Assembly: GCF_000400465.1 (NCBI RefSeq)
Contig: NW_008806283.1
Span: 206,001-268,000 of the forward strand
DNA from: Wallemia ichthyophaga EXF-994
Lineage: Eukaryota > Fungi > Basidiomycota
Length of the DNA stretch: 62,000 nucleotides
Direction of reading: 5' to 3'
Shown here: piece after piece, positions 1-12,430 of the stretch
Numbering within the stretch: position 1 is the stretch's first letter
Layout of the letters: each line of letters begins with the position of its first letter
The notes under the pieces: model-generated
Told to the model about the DNA's origin: nothing
Databases searched by the model: none
Seen by the model: the letters and a program-made list of their open reading frames with translations, nothing else
Program-made: the position numbers and the translations under genes

Positions 1-2
1 AA

Positions 3-335
3 GCATTCGAGCCAGTCGTTGACATCGCTCTAATTGAAGACTTGAATAAGATGGTAGACACAGCTCTGGTTAACTCCAAGAAGGCTTGGTTCGCTCAGCA
101 GTTCAAGCGTCCACTCTTCTTCGATATTGCCAACACCTACGTTGAACCACCACTTGACTACATACTTGACAAATCTCAATCCAAAGATACAAAACCTTCT
201 AAAAAGGAAGCTCAGAAACCGCCCACTGGCCACGTCATCTCTAGTGAAGATTCTAAACAAACTCAAGACTCTGCTGAGAAGAATGCCAACAAGACTGCCT
301 CTTCAGGGTGGTTTGGTAGTTTATGGAAGCGTTGA
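3..335 (+). CDS. SRP68: 3' end of a gene entering the window, probably signal recognition particle subunit SRP68
   Basis: Frame open from the window edge to TGA at 333-335; motif KRPLFFDIANTYVE and C-terminal GWFGSLWKR resemble the fungal SRP68 C-terminus (recalled family pattern). Confidence 0.6.
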   Translation, partial: AFEPVVDIALIEDLNKMVDTALVNSKKAWFAQQFKRPLFFDIANTYVEPPLDYILDKSQSKDTKPSKKEAQKPPTGHVISSEDSKQTQDSAEKNANKTASSGWFGSLWKR

Positions 336-1129
336 TTGTGTTCAAAGTATAAAACATATCTTGAAATTATAGATAGAAATGAATCAAAGGATCTTTGAGT
401 ACCTGTGTTTTGATTACTGTAGATGCTTTCACCCATGTAGAAGACCTTGTAAGTATCAATAAAGCCAGAAGCCAAAGCACATTTTTGTGTCAGCCGCCCA
501 AATCGACGTATCTAAGTACGCGATGAACCAAACAACTATATCATTAAGCAACAAGATTTTGTCTCAATGGATCAAGACCAAATGTAGAAATATATGATAA
601 GTGATGTGCTAACACTTATAATATCTGACAAAATACTTGACAACCTACGAAGCATCCAACTGACAAAATACTAAGACTTGCTTGAGTCATCTCTCACTTA
701 TTCAATTGAAGTCCAACTAATCATTAATCTGGTTTCCCTCAAGGCGTTTATCAATGATGTCAACAGAGTCGTGTTATCAGAGTGAAAGTGTGATGAATTG
801 TGTTATACGAGAGTTAAATAATAATAACAATTTAAGTGACAACACCTAAATACATTCAACGTCATCATGTTTCATGACTCCTAATTTTTCTCATTTTACA
901 GCATTATAGTTGATCCTCGCAGAGCAGCAACAGCTCGAAAACAGTCAAACACTAGCAAACTTCAACAGCCAGTACTATTATAAAGCTAAATAGATCAATG
1001 AAATTACTCTTTTATATCTGATTATACCCTGATTCTTACCACATCACCAAAATAAAGCTCGTCATCTCCAAATCAAGAACGACACGCTCAGTAACGTCTT
1101 CTTCATATTGCTGTAATTACTACAAATAT

Positions 1130-1945
1130 TAATATCATTCTATAGCTGTTGATTTGGCGACTAATTCAAAAGCATCTTTATCGGTATTAGCGCCGTGCAA
1201 TGCTCTGCTCGTCCAGTTATGTGGTATGTCGCAAGGAGAGTTTTGATATTTCGAAATGCAACTTCATACTATCCTGCCTTCTGTGATTTCAACGCAGACT
1301 TGATTGCCTTTTACAAGTCTATTATTCGAAATATCAAAATGCACTTGGTCTATCCAAAACCCCCCGATTCAAAGTTGGATTGAACTCCACTTGTCTTTGC
1401 ATGAATCGATTGTTCAAAGTCGAAGATGATCCAGAATGGTAAAACATTTCCCCTGTAGACACTGTTTGTCGGAAAACGTTAATCGCGTCTAGAAGTGTGA
1501 GCATTTGTAATTTTGGGTTCTTGCGCTCTTCATCAGCAAAAATTGATTGTATCGATCACTTAATCGCGTCAAATCCTCCACTTTTATCCCATAGCGCGCT
1601 AAAGAGTGTTGTCGGATTGTAATTTCCGAGCATCTTATAGGACGCAATTGGAGGCTCAGGGACATAATTGTGGTAAAAAATTTTAGAGCTTATTCAGGGC
1701 TACCTATGAAATTCTTTTATTTGAGATCATTCAAACTCGTAAAATGAGATGGGTGGTGGTAGTCGAGAATCCAACTCAGTGGATATCGAGAGGAGAGTTA
1801 ATCTGGAAACATATTTAGATTGCTGGAGATGCCATGAGATCTATTGTCCTGCTAAACTGTTCAAATTGTTAGTATTATCTCAGCATTCGTCTTCTGACAT
1901 ACTTGGTCAATTGCGGGGTGAACTAAGTTTGTTTCGTTCATTGGA
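1130..1945 (-). pseudogene. Degenerate spliced gene of unknown family, copy A (paralog at ~20.0-20.9 kb)
   Basis: Colinear similarity to 20000-20900; intron-like GTATGT..TACTAAC..CAG on minus strand; shared peptide blocks FTSLNDL, MLTLLDAINVFRQTVSTG, LDRPSAF broken by stops and indels. Confidence 0.55.
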
Positions 1946-2186
1946 GTGAGGGGCTATTCAATCCTATTAAACATGTTATCATACTCAGTCTAGCCCTTAA
2001 AAACATGCAGACAACAAAGGTAAAATAATTGTGCAAAGTGTTTGAAATGTTAATATAAGATTTTGAATACATTGGAGAAGTTGATACAGAAAGAACATAA
2101 GCGTGAAACGGAAAGCAAGAGTTAAGAATACAAGGGAGCGTATAAACCGAAATGAGATAAGCTCCAAATAAATACCTTTAGTCAGC

Positions 2187-3395
2187 TCATTTTGCTGACT
2201 TGTTTTGCTGTTGAGCTAACACACTCAAGAATTTGGCTTGACATTCCGTACTGCTAACGCCACAGGTAGCTTTAGCGGTGAGCTGAGAACACAAGTCGTC
2301 GAGATCGAAAGTCTGCTCGGGGATGTCCTTTCCAAGATCCTTCCACGTCCTTCTCACAACGGCATCGACGGGTTCATTGTTTTCGTTGGCAATCATCTCT
2401 ACCATCCTCTTAATCTCTTGGATAAGGTATGGGCTTATCTTGGACACATCCTCGTGGTGGGATTGAACGATACCCATTTGCTCCATCTTGGACTTGACCT
2501 GTGGACATTTGAGTCTCTCCTCTGGATCAGAAAGAGCTTGAGCAAGTTCAAGGATGGTAGGTGGAGGGCCGATAATGGATTCAGATGGGGGCTTTTTGTT
2601 AGCAGACAAAGATGCGGAGGCGGAGGGAGACGGTATAGAAGGGTTCGATTGGTTTTGGTCGAACATGAAGTCATTCTGGAGACCGAAGTCGTTGAGGAAG
2701 TCATCAAGTACGCCTGCGCCAGTGTTATTAAGATTAGAAGAATTATCCCTGTATTCAGCAGCGCTATTCAGGTTTGGAAGAGGGGAAGGAGATTTGTGGA
2801 AAGACCTAGAGTTTGAGTTGGATTGAGGTGGAGGGAATTGGAAAGTGAATGCCGAGTGTTTAAGAGTCATGTTCTCCTGTTGAAGTCTACTGAGGAGGTC
2901 TTTGAGGTTGGTGTTCTCTTCAGCCTGTGCAGCGACCTTGTCCTCAAGGACCTTAACGTGCTTCTCTTTTCTCTCTCTAAAAGCACGCTGAGCAGCTCTA
3001 TTCTGTTCCTTACGCTTACTGGTGCTGTTAGGTTTTGAATTGCGAGTAAGTTCACTGGAAGAGTCAGAAGAGCGTCTGTTGTTTGTGCTCTTGGAGGTGT
3101 GCTGTTCATTATCAAGTAGCTCATCACTCGCCTTACGCTTATCGCTGTCTTTATCTTTATCCTGAGTTTGGCTGTGTGAAGATTCAGGACTAGAAGTGTC
3201 GTTGTTTGTTAAGGGAGGAGTTGGATTCTCGTTGTATTCGGATTTAAAGTCAGGGAATTGGCTTGTGGCTACCAAATTGGGTAAGTCTGTCAAATGATTT
3301 GGATTAATTCCAGAATCAAATAATTTGTTGTGGCCATTGTTATTCCCATAATTCCCAACTTGCTGCTTAAGCATTTCTAAGAAATCTAAATCCAT
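2187..3395 (-). CDS. YAP1: AP-1-like (Yap1/Pap1) bZIP oxidative-stress transcription factor
   Basis: Basic region RKEQNRAAQRAFRERKEKHV plus leucine zipper; C-terminal cysteine-rich domain DLDDLCSQLTAKATC. Confidence 0.9.
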   Translation of the reverse strand: MDLDFLEMLKQQVGNYGNNNGHNKLFDSGINPNHLTDLPNLVATSQFPDFKSEYNENPTPPLTNNDTSSPESSHSQTQDKDKDSDKRKASDELLDNEQHTSKSTNNRRSSDSSSELTRNSKPNSTSKRKEQNRAAQRAFRERKEKHVKVLEDKVAAQAEENTNLKDLLSRLQQENMTLKHSAFTFQFPPPQSNSNSRSFHKSPSPLPNLNSAAEYRDNSSNLNNTGAGVLDDFLNDFGLQNDFMFDQNQSNPSIPSPSASASLSANKKPPSESIIGPPPTILELAQALSDPEERLKCPQVKSKMEQMGIVQSHHEDVSKISPYLIQEIKRMVEMIANENNEPVDAVVRRTWKDLGKDIPEQTFDLDDLCSQLTAKATCGVSSTECQAKFLSVLAQQQNKSAK

Positions 3396-3865
3396 TTGTC
3401 CTTATTGCTGGTCGTGGGATGAACAGGGCAACGTGTGAGTTGAGATAGCTGGTAGATCAACGGGAATATTTTTTATTTTAATTTTAAAAAGAGGGAATTG
3501 GTGTTTGGTTGGTTGTACATCTCTCATATTCATTATCGACGCACTTAAGTTTACTGGGTACCTCCACCCAGCTTTGTAAGCAACTGAATTTTGGGTTTTC
3601 GGGCCTTATTTTAGTATGTGTGAATTTCTGGTAGCTGAATTAGTATATTTATGTGGTCAAATGACTTTAAATCAACTTATTTCAGGTAACATCCCTAGAC
3701 AAAATTACATCACAGCTTTGATATTTGATAGTGGATTGAATTCATTTTGAATATACACGCATACACGCTTATTCTACATACAATTCAATTTAATAATCTC
3801 TTCTACTCTTCTTTTCACTTCTCTTCTTCTTCTGCGCTCAGACGCTGTCACTTTAAGTCACATCC

Positions 3866-4895
3866 ATGGAAATATCGTTAGTTGCGGGTATTCAACACTC
3901 ACTCACAATTCACAATCTTCAGATCTTGCTTACAAGGTGGCTATCATAAGCCATTATCCCGGCAGTGGCAGAATCAGGGCAAGTCACTCGACAAATCCAT
4001 GTTCATGTACCCAATTTTCATCACGGATGATCCACAAGCAAGTGATGAGATTACTTCTCTCCCCAATCAGCGTAGATGGGGTGTCAACAGGCTCGAAGAG
4101 TTTCTACGCCCTTTGATTAGCAAAGGACTCAGCAGCGTTATTCTATTTGGTGTTCCTTTCAACATGAACAAGGATGGCAGGGGAAGTGCAGCAGATGATC
4201 CCAACACTCCCGTCATACAAGCCATCCACACTCTCAAACGTCTCTTTCCAGACTTATACATAGCTTGCGATGTCTGTTTGTGTGAGTACACAGACCACGG
4301 CCACTGCGGACTGCTGCGTGAAGATGGCACTCTCTTCTCTCACGAGTCTGCTCAGCGTATTGGCGAGGTGGCGCTAGCATATGCTCGAGCAGGCGCTGAC
4401 TGCGTCGCCCCTTCTGACATGATGGATGGGCGTATATCACAAATCAAGCGTCGTCTCATAGACTCTGGTTATGGTAACAGAGTGATGCTAATGTCCTACT
4501 CTGCAAAGTTCTCCACTTCTCTCTACGGTCCATTCAGAGAAGCTGCAGGATCAGCTCCTTCATTCGGTGATAGGAAATGCTACCAATTACCCCCACACGG
4601 TAGAGGTTTAGCAAGACGTGCTGTTCAACGTGACTTAAACGAGGGCGCCGATTGCGTCATGGTTAAACCATCTCTCCCTTACCTCGATGTGATATCAGAT
4701 ACTGCTCAGCTCGCTCGTGATTACCCAGTCGCGTGTTATGTTGTCTCGGGTGAGTTTGCAATGATGCACGCCGGTGCTAAGGCGGGTATATACGATTTAA
4801 AAAAGATAGCCTTTGAAACGCATGAGAGTTTTCTGCGCGCAGGTGCTAACATATTCCTCACATACTTTACACCGGAGTTTCTCGAGTGGTTGTAG
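3866..4895 (+). CDS. HEM2: Delta-aminolevulinate dehydratase (porphobilinogen synthase), 2 exons (intron 3877-3922)
   Basis: Zn-binding DVCLCEYTDHGHCG, APSDMMDGRI, MSYSAKF, MVKP; spliced N-terminus MEISSCLQGGYH. Confidence 0.97.
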
Positions 4896-4933
4896 TAGTT
4901 TACAATATAAGATACAAGACAAAGACATATAAA

Positions 4934-5611
4934 TTAAATTCGTTGATTCTGCGTTGGACGCGTGTCTATGTCAGTAGTTTCCAAGCTATCAACATCTTCT
5001 AGACTGCGCTTGGATTGAGAAAACAAGTTGGAATTTGGCTGATTTGCCATGGCCAGAGAGGCCTTGTAGATGGATTCAAATTCCTGCGCAAGATCAGTAT
5101 TAAGGTGTTCAAATGAGCTGCAACGCACCTTCAACTGTGATTGGAAACCGAGGTTAGGTGAAATGCAGTATCTCTTGTTCTGCACGTAATGAGTTGCTTC
5201 TTCGAAAGACAACTGAGCAGCTTCCATGACATACATAATCGTAATGGCAGGGCCTCTGCTAATACCGCCATTACAAACAATAAGAACTTTACCGTTCAAT
5301 TCCAATGCGTTGTAGATAAAGGAGCGTGCTTGTGGGTAGATTCTGATTAGATTCTGCTCCTCACTATCACGGACATCCAAGACCAGATATTTGAACTGAT
5401 CTGGGAACCTCGGTCGAACGAAAACAGCCTCAGCCTCACCACGAATGCAGATGATGTGGGTGATGTTGGTGGATCTGAGGTATTCTGTATCTTTGCTGCA
5501 TTGATATGGTCCTAATATTAAGCCTGGGATTATTTCCTGGCATTCTCTTCTCATTTCGTAGCTGTATGTGGTCTTAGTGGTGTTTGTTTGTTCGTTAATG
5601 GATGCACTCAC
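4934..5611 (-). CDS. STYX-like dual-specificity phosphatase family protein (in-frame intron 5084-5128)
   Basis: [22 protein letters not shown]-terminus; P-loop [11 protein letters not shown]; [11 protein letters not shown]. Confidence 0.8.
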   Translation of the reverse strand: MSASINEQTNTTKTTYSYEMRRECQEIIPGLILGPYQCSKDTEYLRSTNITHIICIRGEAEAVFVRPRFPDQFKYLVLDVRDSEEQNLIRIYPQARSFIYNALELNGKVLIVCNGGISRGPAITIMYVMEAAQLSFEEATHYVQNKRYCISPNLGFQSQLKVRCSSFEHLNTDLAQEFESIYKASLAMANQPNSNLFSQSKRSLEDVDSLETTDIDTRPTQNQRI

Positions 5612-5724
5612 CGCCAGTCAGTGACGCCATCAAACAGATAAGCGTTTGGTGCGCTGGTTGCGCTCGATGGCTTATCAATGTCCATGTATTTGATGCTGGT
5701 GGTTACTCTCCAACGCCCACTCTA

Positions 5725-6904
5725 ATGGCTCAGCTCGACGATGAAATTCCACAGCTAATTACTCACGATAAGCGCGTACCCTTGACCATTCTCACTGGAT
5801 ACCTCGGTGCGGGTAAATCCACGCTTATCAAACACATTCTCACTCAACAACATGGCCACAGAATTGCCGTTATTGTGAATGAATTCGGTGATACTGCTGA
5901 TATTGAGCGTGGGTTGGTCTACTCGCGCTATTCCTTCCTTCTCACTCTACTGTTCGCTTCCAGGCCGTTCCGTATCCGTCGACGACGAAGAACAGCTCCT
6001 CGAACTCGACAATGGCTGTCTGTGTTGTTCGATACGCGATGCAGGTGTTGCTGCTATTGCGAAAATGATGCGCAAAAAGGGCAAATTCGACTACATCATA
6101 CTAGAAACAACTGGTCTGGCTGATCCATCTGGTCTAGCGCAGTTGTTCTGGGAGAATGAGCTGTTTATACCAGATATATACCTCGATGGTGTGGTCTGTG
6201 TGGTTGATGCTAGGAATGTCCTCCACCAGCTCTCCTCAGACAATCAATGCGTCAGACAGATAGCCTCGGCTGATTCGCTTATCGTTAATAAGGTTGATCT
6301 CGTTGGCAGTGAAGTGCTGGAGCAAGTAAAGCACGCGTTGTTGTCCATCAACTCTTCTGCTCCTCTTCATTACACTACCTACAGCACACTCAACCTCCAT
6401 CACGTCATCGACCTCAACGCTTATGATGGTCAGGCGCAGACCCAGGAGCAGATCAAAACACAGACGCAAATGCAGTCAGAGGAAGTGACACTTTCACGCT
6501 CTACACACTCACACCCAGACTCACACTCACATCCACACCCACACTTACACTTATTCGGGATATCGAGCATACATCTGCAAACACCTCCACTATCCACGGC
6601 CAAATACGCCACGCTCGACAAATGGCTTCGCTGTGTACTATGGGAAAGTACACTTCCCTGTATTGAAGACCTAGTCGAGAAGAACGATATGGAGATACTA
6701 CGCACGAAAGGTGTAGTTAGCGTGTTAGGTGACGGTGTGCACATCCTGCAGGGTGTCAGAGATATGTATGAGCTGAAGCGGGTGTCGGCAGGTAAAGAGG
6801 GTGACACTGACACACGCGCGCCTGGAAAGATAGTTTTTATCGGCAAGAACGTCGACCACCGCCTATTTGCAACGAGTTTCAGTCGCTACATGGAATCAAT
6901 GTGA
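5725..6904 (+). CDS. ZNG1: COG0523/CobW-family Zn-regulated GTPase metallochaperone, 2 exons
   Basis: Walker [29 protein letters not shown] metal motif, [12 protein letters not shown], His-rich linker, C-terminal LRTKG..LQGV. Confidence 0.9.
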
Positions 6905-6916
6905 TTTGAAGGAGTA

Positions 6917-9900
6917 TTATGCATGTTTGAGTCTATTGAGTGTATTTAGAGAATGTGTGTGTGTAAGTGAATAGTCATGAGTATGTGCGTGAGCATGAGA
7001 ATGAGCACCAGCCACCGTATCATGAGCTATCTGTGCCCTATCAATACATTCAATCGGCAGACCGGCGAGTCTAGCGACGATGATGCCATGGCTCTCTTTG
7101 CAAACACCTTTTCGAAGTGTATACGTAAACCTGAATGCATCTCCGCCATCGACCAGATCAGTGCTGAGATACTGGATAGGAAGGGTATCCGCGAGCATAT
7201 CATCCAGCTCGTGAAAGTGTGTAGCGAAGAAAGTGCGACACTTGTTAGTCAGTGCGAGATGTACCACAATCGCATAAGCCAGTGCGAGTCCATCGAGTGA
7301 GGTGGTACCCCGTCCTATCTCATCCATGATCACAAGCGAGCGCGGCGTAGCCATCTGTAATATCTCCCCAGCTTCCGTCATCTCCACCTGTATTTGTAGT
7401 CTGCGTCAGTCTCAGTCGTCACGCACGCGCGCACTCCGCTCAATAAACTAACCATGAATGTTGACTGCCCCGCACTGAGATCGTCGCTCGCGCCAATGCG
7501 CGAAAATAATCGGTCTACCACCCCGATCGTTGCAGCGGTCGCAGGCACGAATGAACCAGCCTGTGCGAGCACGACTATGATAGCATTCTGGCGCAAGTAA
7601 GTGGATTTTCCGCCCTGTATGTGTGTTAGAGGGAGTGAGGGGGGTATGAGAGGGGCATCTGAGAAATTGAGCACCCTTCCAAGCAACCCGACCCACCATA
7701 TTAGGACCGAAGATGGCGCAAACGAATGAGTCATCTTGCATAAGCACGTCATTCGGCGTGAAGCTATTGAGTGAGTCCTGCAGAGCCACTTCGACAGCAG
7801 GGTGGCGACCCTGTGAGATATGCAAGGCACGGTCGACCGTCATGGCTGGCCGCACCCATGCACGCTCATCGGCTAGCTCCGCGAGACTGCACAACACATC
7901 TAGCTGGGCAAGGAGGTGGGTATTAGCGCGGAAACGCTCACTTTCCTTCGCCAGTTCCCCTTTAAGTCCAGTGAGAGCCTCACGCTCAGCTCCTTCGAGC
8001 TGCTCGGATACCTCCACAATGGAAGACTTGAGTGCAGTCCATCGAGGATGAGCGTACGTGGCTGTAGACTTACCACTCGCTATTAACTGGTATGCTCCCG
8101 GTAATGCCTTCAAGCTGCTCTTGCGCGCTGTTATGTAATGGCCTAGTTTCTGATTGGACCGCAGTGCTACGTGCGTTGGGTCGCTCGCGCGCACTTCCCC
8201 ACGCACCTCTCTCGCCAACTTGGCTCGCTCGCCGTATAACCTATCGAGCTTCTTGTTTAGCCGCGCTATTGTAGCGCTGTATGTTGGTGCTATCGACCGC
8301 TTCAGGTCGTCGTGGTAGTTGTCACCGTTGCGTTCACGCCCATCCTTCTCGATAGCCTCCCTCTCCCTCTCCCTCTCTTCTGGCAAACCTTGTATCTCCT
8401 CCCGCTGCTCACTCTCACTCTCACTCGCCTCCTTGGCGCGCAGGCCGTCTTCAATGATAACCGAGTCGATGCGCTCCGCAAAGGTTATAAGGGGGTGTAG
8501 GGATTCAGTGAGAGTGAGGAGAGCATGCCAGTCGTCGTTGTCATAATTGTTTTCACTAACGCATCCACTCTGCTGCCCACGCTCATGCACCCACTCGGCG
8601 CGAATACGCCTGACGACCTCCTCCGTTTTCTCAATAACGCCCTTAACAGCGAGGAGGAGGGAGGGAGTGAAGTTATTATTGAGGAGCACGCGCTGGAGAA
8701 GACGAGGACCATCTTGAGTGTCACGTAATAAAGCGCGCACGTCTCTCCGCAGCTGTGTGCGCGACAGGAAAATGGCAACGGCTGCGTGGCGAGAGCGTAT
8801 AACGGAGAGATCAGCAGAAGGCTCGCACAGCCACTGTTCTAGTAGGCGGTGGCCGGGCTGTGTGATGGTGCGGCGCACTGCTCTCATCAGACTCCCTGAA
8901 GTGCGGTTGGACCGTATCGTCGTCTTTAACTCTAGACCGCGAATCGTGGGCGCGTCGAGCATTAATGTCGCTTTTTCCTCGCGCTTAGGTTGCAGAGATG
9001 GCGTGTCGTCTATTAGCGACGCCTGAAGACGCGTTTGGAGGAGTGATATGGCTGTGTGTTCATGGGGAGTGTATTGGGTGTGGGTGGATGCGGAGGGGTT
9101 TGCGTTGGGTTGACTGTATGAGATGATGGAGTCGTGTGCGCCAAGTGATTGTCGCAACTTGTGTGCTTCTGCAGTCGTTGTGCCACCATCAAAAACAATC
9201 TCAGACGGGGATAAACGTGCAATATAGCTCTTCAAATCAGATAAGCTGGATGACGCAGTTGAAGAGTCACCGGTGGAAATGTCACACCAAGCTGCAGCGA
9301 ATTGGTCTTGCTCAGGGTGAGACACAACTGAGACAATGAAGTTGTGAGTAGTGGGATTGAGAGATGACTCGTCTAGGAGAGTACCAGGGGAGATAACGCG
9401 TGTAACTTTCCTATCAAAAGAGCCAGATTTGTGGTTGTAGAATTGATCGTTAATTGCGACAAATAGGCAGTGATCGACGACTAGAGATCTGAGATGTTTT
9501 GATAGCTGGTAGTAAGGGAAGCCAGCCATAGGGAATTTAGACTTGTTGTACGATTTTTCACCGACGCTGAAACCGAGGAGTTTGGAGAGGAGAAGAGCGT
9601 GGTGGTAGTAAGCCTCGTAGAAGCCACCGACGCGTGTGAGAAGGAGGGTATCTGGGTGGGCGTTGATAGTATTGATGACGTTCTTGAGGAGATCAGAGGA
9701 TAAGTGGGAGGGATGGAAGCCGGACGGGTCGGGTGGAGTGGGGGGAGAGGGAGTGAGAGTGGGAGTGAGAGTGGGAGTGATGAGAGGAGTTCCTGGGGTG
9801 CCTGGATTGCCTGGATTGCCTGGTTTGCCTGCGTTGCCGGTGTTGATAGGGCTGAAAGGATCCGATAGCCGAGTAACAACACCACCACCACCACCACCAC

Positions 9901-9973
9901 CCAGACCAGGCTTCGGGAGATTAATCTTAACTCTCGATTTAAATGAATTAAAAATGATTTTATTGAGCCTCAT
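6917..9973 (-). CDS. MSH1: MutS-family mismatch repair protein, mitochondrial MSH1 type, 3 exons
   Basis: [19 protein letters not shown], spliced Walker A GPNM|[26 protein letters not shown]|[19 protein letters not shown]; basic presequence-like N-terminus. Confidence 0.85.
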
Positions 9974-10302
9974 CTAGACATAAACACCCAGTGCGTTCAA
10001 TATACTGACCACAGCCACACCGAGAAAGAGTGAAGATAACAAAGCGTAGTAAAATTGGGCTGTGAAATTTTTGTAGTTTCTAAGCGGGGTTAGAGGGTAT
10101 GCGGAGATAAAGAATACACGGACGAATACCAGCTAAACGCCATCAACCCGGAAGATATCAGAGAGAGGACACCGAGGAGTGGGAGCAGACTGGTGTTGAT
10201 TCCCGGGAAGAAGTTTACTTCCTGCTAATAAAACGTTAGGCCATTTTGCACTTTAAATTAAAAATCATTTACGCCGTAAGTCATGGTTCAATTTAAACAG
10301 CC

Positions 10303-12317
10303 ATGGATCAAAACAGACGCTGGGTAAATCCAATCCCAGGGATCCCGATTACGAGGAGAGTGAACAATGCCGGCCGATCCACCATCTCCAGGCCTCCGCG
10401 CGCCACGCCCGGCCATCTCCGTAGCCTCTCTGATACGTCACAGCTATTTATGACGACAGCGCCTTACAATCAATCCACTGCTAAATGTGGCGGTGATGAC
10501 GGCCCACAAAACCCAATAAACAGCTACATCCCCCCTTACCTCCTCCTCTCAAACACCCACGCCCAACTCCCCCTCCTTCCCTCGCAGCTTGACATGAAAA
10601 ATTGCAGACCTTCGAAACTCAACCTGAACCACTCCTGCACTTGCGTAACCTACGCTGGTCCTGCTGACGGCAACGAGAAGGATGCCGCCGCTGTCCGAGC
10701 CAACGAGCCCGTTCCTAGATGTTCCGGCATCTATTATTTGGAGTTTGAAATTCTGAATAGGGGCGACAAGGGTTATATCTCCATTGGCTACGGTAATAAG
10801 ATGTTCAAACTAACCAGATTGCCCGGTTGGGAGTCCTGTTCATGGGGTTATCACGGCGACGATGGCTGCTTCTTTGCCCAAGCAAGCGACGGCTCTAAAT
10901 TTGGTCCTGAGTACTCTACAACCTCTGGCAGCGTTATTGGTATGGGTTTCGACTTTACCCAGAACAAATCCTTCTACACTATCAACGGCACCTTCATCGC
11001 ATACGCCCCAGACCCTCTCCCTTCTCCTCAAATCTGTCCAGACATCTACCCCTGTATCGGTCTACGCTCCGATAACGAGTCTGTCTCTGTAAACTTTGGT
11101 ATCGACCCTAGATCTCCCTTCCGTTTCGATATTGACGGTTACGTTAAGCGTAAGAAGTGGGATGTTATCGCACAAGAGATCGACAACCGCGTCGTTGATT
11201 GGCGTGTCGATAATGAGTCACGTAACGTCGAGTTTGTCCACACACCCGATGAAATGCGCAGCGTACTCGGTGATCGCTACACTTATGGCTCTGCTCAAGA
11301 CGATGATCTTAGTTTGCCCATGGGTGAGCTTGTGATGGAGTATCTTGTTCATTCCTCGTATGCACAATCTGCACGTGCCTTTAACCAGGCTTTGGAGATG
11401 GAGAATAAGGGGAGTAAAGTGCCTATAGGTGGAGTTGCTAGTGGTTTTAGTGGTGCAATGCAAGTAGATCAATCTCAGTCAAGCTCTCACTCCCACTCTC
11501 ACTGGCTTCACTCCTTAGATGAAGCAGCTAATGCAAGTAGAGGCACACGCAATGCAATCCTCGCAGGCGATATCGAACTCGCCATGTCTGAACTACGTGC
11601 GCGCTGGCCGGCTGTTTTGATCGACAACACCACATTAGCGTTCGAGTTATTTCTGAGAAAGTTTGTCGAGCTAGTGATTAAGGCGCATGGCACGACGAAT
11701 GTGGATGATGTAAACGATGATGGTGAGGAGGGTAACCAGGGTGAAGATGGTAAGGGTAAGAATGCAAATACTATCGCCAACTCCACCACATCTACCACAG
11801 ACGCTCCCTCGGAAGATATGGAAATGCTCCAATCGCCCGTGTTTCCTCCACAAATTCCACCACTAGAGTTGCCACATCCTGATCTGATGCGCGCTCCTTC
11901 CCCCGCACCTCATCTCAGTCCACTCGATAAAGCACTCGCTGCAGGAAGAGCATTACAGGCCAAATATCCACCGCAAACGTATCCAGAATTCCAGGAAAGG
12001 ATGCGTGTTGCATTCGCGTTAGTAGCGCATGATCATATCGAAATCGCGCCGCGCGAGTCACTCGATTTGTTCGACACACAAGAGCGGCAAAGATTGTGGG
12101 ATGCGGTAGAGATGGCGATAAATGGTGAGTAATGACATAAACCCAAGCAAATTAAATCATATTCACACTCACACCACCACTCACAGACGCCCAAGGCAAA
12201 CCCAATCAGAGCGCACTCGAACTCGTCGTCCGGCAAGCTGGCGCATCTGTCTCGCAGGCTGCACTCATGGGAGATGGTAAAGCGGCGTATATTGATATAG
12301 AGGATTATATAAAATAA
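10303..12317 (+). CDS. RanBP9/10-like SPRY-LisH-CTLH-CRA protein (GID/CTLH complex scaffold), 2 exons
   Basis: SPRY (IYYLEFEI, RLPGWE..SWGYHGDDG), LisH (LVMEYLVHSSYAQSA), CTLH (IRN-like AILAGDIELA), CRA (FALVAH..LFDTQERQRL); last exon after GTGAGT..CAG intron. Confidence 0.85.
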
Positions 12318-12430
12318 CCATTGTACTATAATTTACATGAAAAATAAATTAAATGCTCGCACGTGAGAAATTTCAGAAGAATCGCCGGCCGGTGTTGGTG
12401 TGGTTATCAACAGCCAGCCATACACCCGCC

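Noticed and set aside
2238-2816. 192-aa ORF antisense to YAP1, and similar antisense ORFs over TIF5, CUS1, KAR2, PCH2, MCM2 and NOP56
   Set aside because: Shadow frames of biased-codon real genes; no recognisable motifs or splice logic
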